Source: Malacoraja senta (lineage: Eukaryota). From it: a stretch of 37,557 bases of DNA. Shown piece by piece: positions 23,803-34,430 of this stretch; positions within the stretch are counted from its first letter, which is position 1, and the number at the start of each line of letters is the position of its first letter. The DNA lies in contig JAXLNO010000570.1 of the NCBI GenBank assembly GCA_038087875.1, positions 1 to 37,557 of the forward strand. The letters are read 5' to 3'. The notes beneath the pieces were generated by a model, which ran no database searches, was not told where the DNA came from, and was given only the letters and a program-made list of their open reading frames with translations. The position numbers were made by a program, and so were the translations under genes.

Positions 23803-24811
23803 AGAAAGAGGGGGGGATGTGAGAGGGGGAGGGGGAGATGGAGGGGAAGGGAAGGGGGAGAGAGATGGGGTGGGGAGAGGGAAAGGGGGAATATCTTTAA
23901 TGAGATTGTAAAATTGAGGTAGGTTTTAGAGCTATTATATTTTTTCCTCATGAATAATAGCAAATATCAAACAATTGGAACTGCTTTCTTTGCCTTGATA
24001 AAATACTGAAAAATATGAATTCCAAAGTTTGTGACTCTTTTTGCAGCATATTTTTAATATAATTTGAATATTACAAAAATCTGCATTTTTCATGGTCATC
24101 ATGGATCTGTCTGCAATAATGCAGCAGTCCGTTGATGATGTTGCTGCTGTGGAAGCTAGGCAGAAGATGGAGTTGGAAGATCTCCTTGGTGCAGTAAAAA
24201 CCAAATGTTTTATGATTCTATATCATGAGTTCTTACAAGAATTGTGAAAACTTCACATATATGCAGCCTATCAGTAAAATATTTTTTGAATACGTCATGT
24301 TAATGATAATATTGGCCAAATAAAATATGTCACAAAATGGAGAATCTCTGTATTTGCAAAGTCTGTTTTTCCACTTTCTGTGGAAGGTTGCAAGCTGTGA
24401 GTCACGCTCCAAGGCGTCTGGACCCTAGATGGAAGTTGAGGATAAGGCGAGGTCCAAATGTCTCTCCTTTTGTTTATATGTATGAGGGTTTTGTAGAAGA
24501 GCTAAGAGGTGTTGCATATGCATGATTAGGTTTGGTCAGATAGGGGGGTGTTGTAAAGTACTGTTAATTATGTTGCAGAGTGTTTGTGCTGTTATCTTGT
24601 GAAGTATGAAGCCTTGTTCAAATTGTTTATACTACCTGGAGAAATGTTTCTATTCTTTTGTAAACCGTCTTCCTGCTAGAACTTTCTGTAGAAACAATGT
24701 AATGGTGAATTTTGTGATTGGGTTCGGGAACTGTCAATAGCTAGAATCTAATCAAGATTCAAGAGAGTTTATTGTCATGTGTCCCAGATAGGACACTGAC
24801 ATTCTTGCTCG

Positions 24812-24943
24812 AACTTCTCTCGAGCATGAAGGAGAGTTACATAGACCTCCTAGGACCATGTGTCGACCATGCTGCAAGTTTGAGTCGAGTGCAAATGCTT
24901 CTAAACTCGCAAATTAGGTCCCCGCAGTGGGACAGGCCCTTTA
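24812..24943. mobile_element. One end of a probable PIF/Harbinger-like MITE
   Basis: Ends AGTGGGACAGGCCCT followed by TTA; the partner TIR was not found. Confidence 0.4.
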
Positions 24944-25089
24944 GTTGATCCAGTGCTGGACTCGGTGTTTTACTGACCCACATGCCCACCAATCGAGGCC
25001 CACCTGGCTCCTGGCCCCGCCCCCGCTCAGGCCATGCCTCCCGCAGCTGGACTCCCACGTCCGCCCGCTCCAACCCCCCCCCCCACCCC

Positions 25090-25673
25090 ACCCCCGTACA
25101 AATGCGCAGAAAGAACGAGCGTTCTGCAGATCGGGAGGTCACAGCAGGTTACAGCTGGTCACCGGAGGCCACCGGCTTCTGAATCCTTTCCGTATCGCCC
25201 GCCCGGTGGTAGAACATGGCTGCCCCTACCTCCCTCCCTCCCACCCACTGCAAACCCAACGCGCTGCCAGTCGCGCCGCTCGCAAGTCCTTTGATAAAAA
25301 CCTTGCGACCCCCCCTCTCTCTCTCCCCCCTCCTCTCTCCCCCCCTCTTCTCTCTCTCCCCCTCCCCTCTCTCTCTCCACCCTCCTCTCCCCCCTCCCTG
25401 CCCCCCCCCTTCTCTCTTTGCCCTCACTCTATACCCCCTCCCTCTCTAGACGCGCCAGCGAGTTGGGGGCTATGCGTCAGTAGATAGGGCGGTTATGGGG
25501 TAATAGGAGCAAATTAATAATATTAATATATTGACAAGGGGGGTAGTTAACGCGTGTGCGGGGGGGGAAGTTAGTGTGTGGGGGTGGTTAATGTGTGTGA
25601 CGCCACATGCTGCCCCCCCCCCCCGCAACCGCACGTTGGGGGAACAGACCCAACGGGTCTGCACTTGGTCTAG
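25090..25673 (+). mobile_element. Helitron-like non-autonomous element (3' end firm, 5' end uncertain)
   Basis: Hairpin CAGACCC-AAC-GGGTCTG (25645-25661), then CTAG (25670-25673) followed by T; shares GTTGGGGGCTATG and CGTTGGGGGAAC with the copy ending at 31734. Confidence 0.65.
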
Positions 25674-25789
25674 TTCTCCTTAATTCTACCACAACCAATG
25701 AAGAAGCTGCTAAAGCTATTGCCAACCTCTCAGAAGCTGTACCTCATACAGAATCACTTTAAACTGGGTCTAACATACAAATATGGTGC

Positions 25790-25925
25790 CTTGTATAAGA
25801 ATGGATGCTGGCGAATATTTAACCCTGACTGGTTTCGAGCATATCCCTGGCTTGTATATAGCGATCATGTGGATGGCGTCTTTTGCCTACCTTGTGCCTT
25901 GTTTGTGAACAACAGGAAATCACTT
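25790..25925 (+). pseudogene. TTF-type zinc finger remnant of a hAT transposase
   Basis: RIFNPDWFRAYPWLVYSDHVDGVFCLPCALF matches the RxFxxxWFxxYPWLxYSxxxDxxFCxxCxLF pattern. Confidence 0.8.
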
Positions 25926-26817
25926 GTCGTCGTCAAGGTAGGTGAAGTCTATTTGTCACATATACATACAAGATGTGCAGTAAAATGAAAGTGGCAATGC
26001 TTGCGGATTGTGCAAAACAACGGAACAGGCGCTCCTGAATGTATATTGCCATCTACCACTACTACTAATGCAAGGGCATTCGTTGGCCTTGCCCTGTAAA
26101 CCAACCCTGGTTCTGCAAATCCTGTCATGCCACCCCCCTTTTTGAAAAGCTTCGTACGGGCCTGAGTGGATGAAGTTGGAGGTACAAGTGAACCTCTGCC
26201 TCACCTGAAAAGACTGTCAGGGTCTTTGGACGGAGTCAAGGGCGGAGGTATAGGGACAGGTGTTGCATCTCCTGCAGTTACAGGAGAAAGTACCTGGGGA
26301 GGGGGTGGGAAGGGACGAATTAACCAGGGAGTTGCGGAGGGAATGGTCTTGGCGGAAAGGGGTGGAGATGGGAAGATGTGGCCAGTGGTGGGATCCCATT
26401 GGAGATGGCAAAAATGCTGGAGGATTATGTGCCGTATGCGACGGTTGATGGGGTGAAAGGCGAGGACTAGGGGGACTGTCCCTGTTGTGACGGGAGGAGG
26501 GGGAGCGAGAGCGGAGCTGCGGGATACCTAGTGAGGGCCTCATCTATGCTGGGAGAGGGGAACCCCCAATCCCTAAAGACTGAGAACATCTCAGATGTCC
26601 TGATATGGAACACCTCATCCTGGGCTCAGATGTGGCATAGACGGAGTAGGGGATAGAGCCTCTACAGGAAGCAGGGTGGGAAGAAGTGTAGTCTAGATAG
26701 CTGTGGGAGTCAGTGGGTTTATAATAAATGTCAGTCGAACTTTTATCTCCTGTTATATAGACGGTGAGATCAAGAAACTGTAGGGAAATGTCAGAAAATT
26801 AGTAGTAAAGTTAGTGA

Positions 26818-26947
26818 GTCTGAAGTACGGTCTCGACCAGATACGTTGCCTATTTCCTTCGCTCCAAAGATGCTGCCTCACCCGCTGAGTTTCTCCAGCA
26901 TTTTTGTCTACCTTCGATTTCCCAGCATCTGCAGGTCCTTCTTAAAC
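26818..26947 (+). mobile_element. Solo Penelope pLTR insertion with 14-bp TSD
   Basis: Flanked by AGTAAAGTTAGTGA (26804-26817) and AGTAAAGTTAATGA (26948-26961); starts GTCTGAAG, a decayed hammerhead core. Confidence 0.75.
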
Positions 26948-27540
26948 AGTAAAGTTAATGAAGTCAGTGAGTTCTGCATGGGTGCAGGAGGTAGCACCGA
27001 TGCAGTCGTCAATGTAGCGGAGGTAGAGTTCGGGGATAGGGCCAGTGTACATCTGGAACAGGGATTGTTCGACATACCCTACAAAGAGGCAGGCAGAGCT
27101 GAGGCCCATGTGGGTGCCAATGGCTACGCCTTGGATTTGGAGGAAGTGGGAGGAGTCGAGCTATCTTCACATTAGAGCCCCAGGCAAATAGCCATGAAGT
27201 TTATTTGTTGAAGGCACAGCCCAGTGCATCACCAAAACCAGGACCCATCGACTCCATATACACTTCACGCTGCCTCAGGAAAGCAACCAACATAATCAAG
27301 GACCACTCACACCCGATTAGTCCCACTTCTCCCACCAGGCTGCAGATACAAATGCATTTGTTTTAAATCTACATTTTGTGTGAAGCTGTAACACTACATG
27401 ATTCTGTACAATAGGTTATCTTCACTTTTGCACTGACGTACTCACTGGTACAATTTGTTTCAACAGCATTCAAAACAAAGTTCACTTTGCGCGACAATAA
27501 ACCAATATCAATTAGCAGCGTATTCCCATGGAAAACTCAC

Positions 27541-27697
27541 CAGATTTTGGTGCAAGGGAATGTATGCTTTTGGAACCCAACATCGTCAGATCCACAACCT
27601 GAATTTGGCTGTGGTCTGAGGCAACAAACAGCCTTGTGGAATCAGCAGAGAACAGCAACCGATGAGCTGGCAGTAAAGTCTTCGTAAACCGCGAGAT
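27541..27697 (-). CDS. UTP4: UTP4 coding exon (157 nt)
   Basis: ttcag|ISRFTKTLLPAHRLLFSADSTRLFVASDHSQIQVVDLTMLGSKSIHSLAPKS g|gtgagt. Confidence 0.93.
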
Positions 27698-27988
27698 CTG
27701 AAAAAAAGAATTAAACTCTGTAGCTTCTCCCACCACAGACAGGTCATTAGACCTTGGAACGTGACTGCCTGTCTTTGCACAGACACTGCCTATCTGAGTA
27801 TTTCCAGCCATTCCTTTATTTCTGATTTCCAGCACCCATTAGACCCCATCATTGTACAAATGCTCCCCTGGCTTCTCACACTTGTGTCACACCCATCACC
27901 CCCACACTCAGCACTTGTAGCTCCATGCCACGGGATTTTGACCACTCTACACCCATTAATCACCGTTTTTAAATGAGAATCTTCCTAC

Positions 27989-28111
27989 CATATTAATGTT
28001 GATAGAATCATTCTTGTACTGTATCCGATACAGACGGAGTTTGTAGATTGTTGAGGATGCAATCCAGGTCCCACATGGAGACAGTGCACAGCACCGGATG
28101 TGACTGCAACT
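27989..28111 (-). CDS. UTP4: UTP4 coding exon (123 nt)
   Basis: tgtag|SCSHIRCCALSPCGTWIASSTIYKLRLYRIQYKNDSININM|gtagga. Confidence 0.92.
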
Positions 28112-28384
28112 CTACACAAGAGGTACAGAAGAAGCAACTCAGCTTGACTGCAGGTTAGATATCAACTCCCACAACATTCACAGGTCATTCAACTTATCAC
28201 GGCCTCATGCTCTCTACTAAAACAACTCTCTCTGCAGCCACACCATTTTTCCATCGTGTATTTATCCAATTCCCACATGTAGGCCAGCAATAACCGTCTC
28301 CATCTGTCAGCAATACATCCACATCACAAACACACGCTGCATAAAAATATTGTTTAATTTCTCTCCCTTTATTTGATACCCATG

Positions 28385-28727
28385 ACCTCTATCAGAGTGA
28401 GGCCCAACACAAATTGTAGCAACAGCACCTCATATTTCGCTTTGGGTAGCTTACAGCCCAGCGCTATGAACATTGACTTCTCTAACTTCAAATAGCCCTT
28501 GCTTTCCCTCTCTCTCCATCCCCTCCGCCTTCCCAGTTCTCCCACCAGTCTTCCTGTCTCCGACTACATTCTATTTCTGTCCCACCCACTACCCTGACAT
28601 CAGTCTGATGAAGGGTCTGGACAAGAAACATCACCCATTCCTTTTCTCCAGAGATGCTGCCTGTGTTACTCCAGCATTTTACGTCTACCTTCGATTTAAA
28701 CCAGCATCTGCAGTTCTTTCCTACACA
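28385..28727 (+). mobile_element. Penelope 3' end (GIY-YIG C-terminus and pLTR)
   Basis: QQHLIFR/LGSLQPSAMNIDFSNFK*, then CAGTCTGATGAAGGGTCTGGACAAGAAACATC. Confidence 0.8.
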
Positions 28728-29110
28728 GCTTATAATTGTGGTTCTTTATCCAAGGAAACACTCCCATAAATCTCCTCTGAACCCTCTTAGCAACCTTCCC
28801 ATAACATGGTAACCAGGAATGAGAGCAATATGCCACTTCAAGCCAGGCGGGTACATTATAAATGGTCAGCATGAATTCCCTGCTTTCATATACTACGTTT
28901 CTGTGGATAAGGTCCAGAATTGTGCATACCCTTTTTAACTGTTTTGTCAATCAGACAGTTCCAGAACTACTCATTCAGATAACCAAGCAAGAAAGTAAAT
29001 GCAGAATGAGTTGCCATCCAAGGTTTCCTTCATCACTGCATTGAATAATCAGTTTTTAAAACACCCATTATTAATTTCAGACCGCCAAAAATATCCGTTG
29101 TCCGACACAC

Positions 29111-29175
29111 CTTCGATTTTAACTCCAACAGTTTGTCTGGTTTCTTGCTGACGGGCAGCACATCCCCAGGAGCCC
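29111..29175 (-). CDS. UTP4: UTP4 coding exon (65 nt)
   Basis: cgtag|(G)APGDVLPVSKKPDKLLELKSK|gtgtgt; restores the frame between the phase-1 and phase-0 neighbouring exons. Confidence 0.92.
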
Positions 29176-29619
29176 CTACGATAAAACAAGAGAGAATCAT
29201 CACAATGCTCACCAGAATTTCCTCTCAATATCTTGAGCAAACTAGTTAGGAAATGGGTACGGAGGGAGGTAATAATGTGGTAGGCACATGGGATAAACAC
29301 ATAGTTTCGAGGACTAAAAGCAAATGGACAGTTTTCTATCTCGAAATTTCCACTTAACCTGAAGATAGGGAAATCAGATGGGACTGGGCAAATTACCTGC
29401 GCCTGCGAACACTGCACAGTGGGAGTTAGCACTCCTCCACCCTCCACTCCAGTGGGAGTTAGCACTCCTCCACAAGTTCGCATTTCAAGTACTTGGGATT
29501 AAAATTAAAACCAGAATCTGACCCATTTTGGCTAAAATCAACCCAACCGAGCAAGCACATTTTATTATGACCAATCCAACGGCAACAATCAGGTGGTGTC
29601 AGACATTGATTGTCACAGG

Positions 29620-30410
29620 GTCAGAGTCATACCCCACTCTGAGCAGATCCTTCGGCCCAACGTCCATTCCAGCCAAAGTAGTTCATTTGCCTACTTTAGA
29701 TCTACATACATCTAAACCTTTCCTATTAGTGTATCTGTTCCTAATGTCTTTTAAAAGCTGTATTTGTACCCACTGTACCACTTCCTCTGGCAGCTCGCTT
29801 CATATATCAAACATCCACTTTGGAGAAAATATGCCCCTCGAATCTCCTTGAACACTTTACCCTCTCACCTTAAATCCCAGCCCTCTAGTTTTAGACTCTC
29901 ATACACAGGGGAAATATTGTGACCATCCACTTTATCTATGTCCCTCATGATTTTATAAACCTCTGAAAGGTCATCCCTGAGCCTACCACGCTCCAGGGAA
30001 TACAGTCCCAGCCATTCCAGACTCTCCGTATAGCTCAAACTCATCAGTCCTGGCAACATCTCTGTGAATCTTTTCTGCCCCCACTTTAGCTTAATCACTA
30101 TGGCCAGAACCAGAACTTCAGGTGCTGCCTTATCAACGTCCTCTGCAGCTGTAACATGACATTCCAACTTTTGTACAGAATAGCTGATGAAGGCAAGCAT
30201 GCTATCTGCATTCTTTACCACATGATTCACCCCGTTGCTACGATCAGGAAACTATGTACTCGTTATCTCTAGTCTCTGTTTTACACACTCCCCACAGCAC
30301 CCACCATTTAATGTGCAAATCTTGTCCTGATTACATTTTCAAAAATGCTACATTTCACACTTGCCCAAGTTAAATCCTATCTGCCATTCCTTTGCCCACC
30401 TTCCAAATCG
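29620..30410 (-). mobile_element. Degraded CR1 3' part
   Basis: QKRFTEMLPGL..LGLYSLERGRLRDDLSEVYKIM and WQIGFNLGKCE. Confidence 0.8.
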
Positions 30411-30733
30411 ATCTTCTGTTGTTACCTTGGGCAACATTTTTGGTAACCCATCTACTTCCAGGAAACTACCATCATTCCAGATCTCAAGAAAAATAAAGTG
30501 ACTGCCCAACATTGCCCTTAATGCAGTGCTTTGAAAGATTGGTAATGGCTCACATCTGCACCAGTCTTCCTGACAATCTAGACCCCCCCCCCCCCCCCCG
30601 CAATACGAATACAGGAAAAATAGGTCTATGAAGGGTGTCATCTCCATTGGACTGCATTCAGTCATGGATCACCTTGATAATAGGAACATCTATTATGCTA
30701 TTTATGAACTGCAACTCAGCCTTCAGCACCATA

Positions 30734-31734
30734 TATATTGTATATTGTAGCGCTATAAATTGTAGCGCCTTTTGGCAGGGTTTTGGGATCTCACACACAC
30801 GCACGCATACAAACAAACAAACAAGAGTTTCAGTAATACACACACGTGTGTGTGTATTACTGAAACTATCGTCTTGTTTGTTTGTTTGCATGCGTGTGCG
30901 TGTGATCCCAAAACCCCGCCAAAACGGTACACGATAGCGCTACAATTTTTGGCCCACCTTACTCACCATTGTCCTGTGATGTAAATGAAACAAATTTTGT
31001 TCAGATTTATGGTATATTTTACAAGTTATTGACACTTTCAACTTTACAAAAATCACTTTTCAAACCATTATTCCACTTGTTCTGCCCATCAGCCGAGTTT
31101 GACGTCACAATGTGATCCTCAATCTCATTTAAAAAAAATGATTTTCAAAAAAACTATTTTAATCAAATTCTTCCGTTTTCATTAACAGCTTTAGGTTATT
31201 TTAAAGAAAATCGCGATTTTCATTGTGGGTGGGTGGAGGTTTTTTTTTTTTTTTATTTTTTTTAACATCACGATTTTCATTCTGGGGGGAGGGGGGTGGG
31301 ATAGGGGGAGAGGAGGGGGATGGAGAGGGAGGGGAAAGTGAGGTAGGTGAGGAGGGAGAGTGGGATAGGGAGGAGGTGAGGAGTGGGGTAGTAGGGAGAT
31401 AGAGGACGAGGAGGGTGGTAGGGAGGGGAGAGGGGTAATGGGGGGAGGGAGGGAGTGACTGAGGGTAGGGGAAAGGAGAGGGAGAGGTGAGGGAGTGGGG
31501 GAGGGGAGGATGAGAGGGGAAAGAAGAGGAAGGGTGAAGAGGAGGGGGAGGGAGTGCTGGGGAAGAGGGGGAATGGAGCAGGATAGGGGTAGGAAGAGGG
31601 ATGGCGAGGCATAGTTGGGGAGGGTTGGCCTGACTCGCGTCACAACGGTAACCCCTCAGCCGCGCCTGCGCAGTTGGGGGCTATGGGTGAGTGGTGAAAT
31701 ATTGCGTTGGGGGAACGGGGCCCAACTGGTCTAG
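30734..31734 (+). mobile_element. Helitron-like non-autonomous element with foldback 5' end
   Basis: 3' hairpin GTTGGG..CCCAAC (31706-31726), CTAG (31731-31734) then T; A|T target without TSD; internal purine-rich tract 31285-31620. Confidence 0.65.
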
Positions 31735-31741
31735 TACCACT

Positions 31742-32546
31742 AAAATTAACAACCCCACTCTCACTATCGACGGCACCACTGTCTCCCCATCTCCTCAGGC
31801 ACGCAACCTTGGCGTGATCCTTGACTCAACCCTCTCCCTTGAGCCTCACATCCGCCATGTTGTCAAAACATCATTTTTTCACCTCCGCAACATTGCAAAA
31901 ATCAGATCGTCTCTCACACCCCCCGCTGCTGAAAGACTCATCCATGCCTTCATCTCCTCCCGACTGGACTACTGTAACTCTCTTCTTTTCGGAATCAATT
32001 CCAGCAGCATCAAACGACTCCAACTGGTCCAAAATGCAGCCGCTCGACTCATTACCCACACCAAATCCTGGCACCACATCACCCCAGTTCTCAAAGAACT
32101 TCACTGGCTTCCCATTTCCCACCGGATCACCTACAAAATCCTGGTCCTCACCTACAAAGCCCTCAACAACCTGGCCCCCCCTTATCTCATTGACCTCCTC
32201 TCCCCCTACCAACCCTCACGGTCCCTCAGATCCACATCAGCTGGTCTCCTCTCCACTCCGAAATCAAACCTCTGCACTTTTGGAGGCAGAGCCTTCTCCA
32301 GGGCAGCTCCCAGGCTCTGGAATTCCCTCCCACAACCGGTCCGAAATTCTGAGTCCCTCACCATCTTCCAGTCCCGCCTCAAGACCCATCTCTTCACCTC
32401 TGCATACCCTTAGTCCCATGTTCCCCCCCCCCCCCCTCTGTCTTACTGCTCTATTTTGTTTTGTTTATTCCTGACTCTCAATTGTAAAGCGACTTTGAGT
32501 CCTGAAAAGCGCTATATAAATAAAATCTATTATTATTATTATTATT
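31742..32546 (+). mobile_element. L2 LINE 3' end, 5'-truncated
   Basis: ARNLGVILDSTL, SRLDYCNSLL, LQLVQNAAARL, LHWLPI, FQSRLKTHLF open to 32413; 3' AAAGCGCTATATAAATAAA and (ATT)n tail. Confidence 0.92.
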
Positions 32547-32724
32547 ACCAAATAAAATCACCTCTACACTTCTGGACCTAGGTCTTCAGACCTCCATCTG
32601 CAACTGACCTGGACTTCCTGACCAGCAAAAGTCAGTCGATTAGAATTGGTCATAACATTTCCTCCACCCTGACCCTCAACATTGTTGCTTTTCAGGGTTG
32701 CGTACACATTTCACTGCACATCTC

Positions 32725-33252
32725 CCTGAGAGTGGCGCTGCAGGTAGACAACAATGGGCTTCATCTGTCATGGAACTGAATGTAGAAGTTAGCAAGTTAT
32801 ATGGCAGTGGTATAAGATGTTGGGGAGGCTGCATTTGGAGTATTGTGTTCAATTTGTAACCCTGCCATAGGAAAGATGCTATTAAGCCGGAAAAAGTGCA
32901 AAGACAATTTATGAGGACGTTGCCAGGACTCGAGGGCCTGAGCTAAAGAGAGAGGTTGGGCAGGCCACTGGTATTTCTTGGGCGCAGAGGAGATTGAGGG
33001 ACGACTTATAGAGCTGTATAAAATCATGAAGGGCAGGGTTTGGGAATCTAGAGTTAAAAATCACAGGTTTAAGGTGACAGGGGAAAGGTTCAATAGGAAT
33101 CTCTGGGGTAACCTTTTCCACGATGAGCTGCCACACAAAGTTGTTGAGGCAGGTACAATAACAGCATTTCTGGACATGTAAATGGATAAGAAAAGTTTAG
33201 AGGAATTTGGGTCTAACACAGGCAAATGAGACTAGCTTAGATGGGACACCTT
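32725..33252 (+). mobile_element. Degraded CR1 3' part
   Basis: LIELYKIMKG..SRVKNHRFKVTGERF..ELPHKVVEAGTITAF plus 3' UTR. Confidence 0.75.
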
Positions 33253-33393
33253 GTCTCACAGTAAATGTTTGGTCTATTGGCTTTGTCGCACCACACGTTG
33301 CTGTTCCAGTCCCTCGTCTGTACTTGTTAATTACAATGACGGCAAATGGTTTATTCACAAAATGCTGACCCCCCCCCCCCCAGAATCGCTCAC

Positions 33394-33490
33394 CTGCAGC
33401 TTGTGAGCTCCCCAAACGCCATAACTCCAGCTGCTCTGGGAAGTGAAACAGGAGCAGGTTTTCTGTCCGGCTACAGCATACCAGGTTCCG
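33394..33490 (-). CDS. UTP4: UTP4 coding exon (97 nt)
   Basis: cacag|RNLVCCSRTENLLLFHFPEQLELWRLGSSQAA g|gtgagc. Confidence 0.94.
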
Positions 33491-33882
33491 CTGTGAGGGA
33501 GCAGAGATTTTAGAGTTATTCAACATCCTTGTGTCTCCTCCTCCCCATGCGATGCTCCTATTATTACTGCAGGTTAAGAACCTCTCAACACAAACCATGT
33601 CACAGCTTTTCACGTTAGACCCAATGCAGCCTAATCTCACAGGGTGCCAGGTCTATGGTGGTAGCAGCTCCAATGATGGTAGCAGCTCCAATCTTCCCGT
33701 TTCCTTGCCACACTCCCCCCTATCCTCAAAGATCAACCGTGTTCTTGTCTGCCGTTGACTCCTGGCACATTATTACAACTTTGGTCGACTCTACCGCAAC
33801 CCTCGAGTTACAGCACTCGGGCAACAGACATTCTTCCTTACAGAATTTACAAATTGCCACTAAAATTAATAATATTCTCACT

Positions 33883-34068
33883 CAGTCATGAGTCATACAG
33901 CATAGAAACAGTTCCTTTTGCCCTACTCGCCCCTCAGATGCCCCAACTAAGCTCCTCCCCTTTGCCCACACCTACCCCACATCTGTCTAAACCTTTCCAT
34001 TTGCCTGTCCAATTGTTTTCTAAATGTTGTTATTGTACCTGCCTCAACTACCTCCTCTGGCAGCTTCA
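33883..34068 (-). mobile_element. CR1 3' end fragment
   Basis: Minus-strand LPEEVVEAGTITTFRKQLDRQM; AGTCATG AGTCAT tail repeat. Confidence 0.7.
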
Positions 34069-34252
34069 ACCCACGCGCCCCAGGGCACACTACAAGCCCA
34101 TTAAACCTAGCTCCTTCCTCCAGCTTTACAAATACCTTGTGAAAGCCACCATCATCTTTGCTCACAAGCCCTGCAGATCACGTTCTGAATGAACAGTCCA
34201 CTTCGAGTTCAGTGTGCAAAAGCAGTGATCCACCAGTGCAGCGACCACTTAC

Positions 34253-34344
34253 ATGTGGAAAGAGGATCTTGCGGAGAGCGGTTTCATACGACTTGGTTTC
34301 CACTTGATCCATCAGCGGGCGAATGACGAGTTGGGCATCCACAC
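34253..34344 (-). CDS. UTP4: UTP4 coding exon (92 nt)
   Basis: ataag|(G)VDAQLVIRPLMDQVETKSYETALRKILFPH|gtaagt. Confidence 0.94.
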
Positions 34345-34430
34345 CTTATCCAGGAAGAGAGAGAGAGAGAGCACTTTAGGAAAAGTTCCATTGCGAACCC
34401 ACCGCGCAGAGAGAGGTTTTGTGCACTCAC

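Larger units (their letters stand above)
22844..26164 (+). mobile_element. Non-autonomous hAT-like DNA transposon with 5-bp TSD
   Basis: Imperfect TIRs CATGGCCGTCCG / CGTACGGGCCTG; AGTGG on both sides (22839-22843 and 26165-26169); cleanly interrupts the Penelope ORF; TTF zinc-finger remnant inside. Confidence 0.75.
22265..27165 (-). mobile_element. Penelope-like retroelement (RT, GIY-YIG, pLTR) interrupted by a hAT-like element and a solo pLTR
   Basis: GVAIGTHMG and LRYIDD (27000-27130); PGTFSCNCRRCNTCPY (about 26250-26300); LYIGETK (about 22801-22821); pLTR with hammerhead core at 22337-22370. Confidence 0.88.
30443..32715 (+). mobile_element. Rex1/Babar-like RT fragment split by Helitron-like and L2 insertions
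   Basis: TTIIPDLKKNKVT, CFERLVMAHI..LDP, MLFMNCNSAFSTI (to 30733), resuming PNKITSTLLDLGL...QGCV at about 32547. Confidence 0.7.

Noticed and set aside
22840..23922. 360-aa and 246-aa proline-rich ORFs
   Set aside because: They are translations of a C-rich minisatellite and GC-rich transposon subterminal DNA.
29049..29483. 144-aa minus-strand ORF
   Set aside because: Chance frame; the real coding part is the 65-nt UTP4 exon (29111-29175) in a different frame.
30426..30482. Alternative candidate for the short UTP4 exon (AAG|GTAAC donor)
   Set aside because: It gives a stop in the required phase and overlaps the antisense of a Rex RT fragment.
31191..31643. Pro/Leu/Ser-rich ORFs
   Set aside because: They derive from a low-complexity purine tract inside the Helitron-like element.
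33652..33692. Tandem ATGGTAGCAGCTCCAAT-like duplication
   Set aside because: A short two-copy slippage duplication with no further structure.
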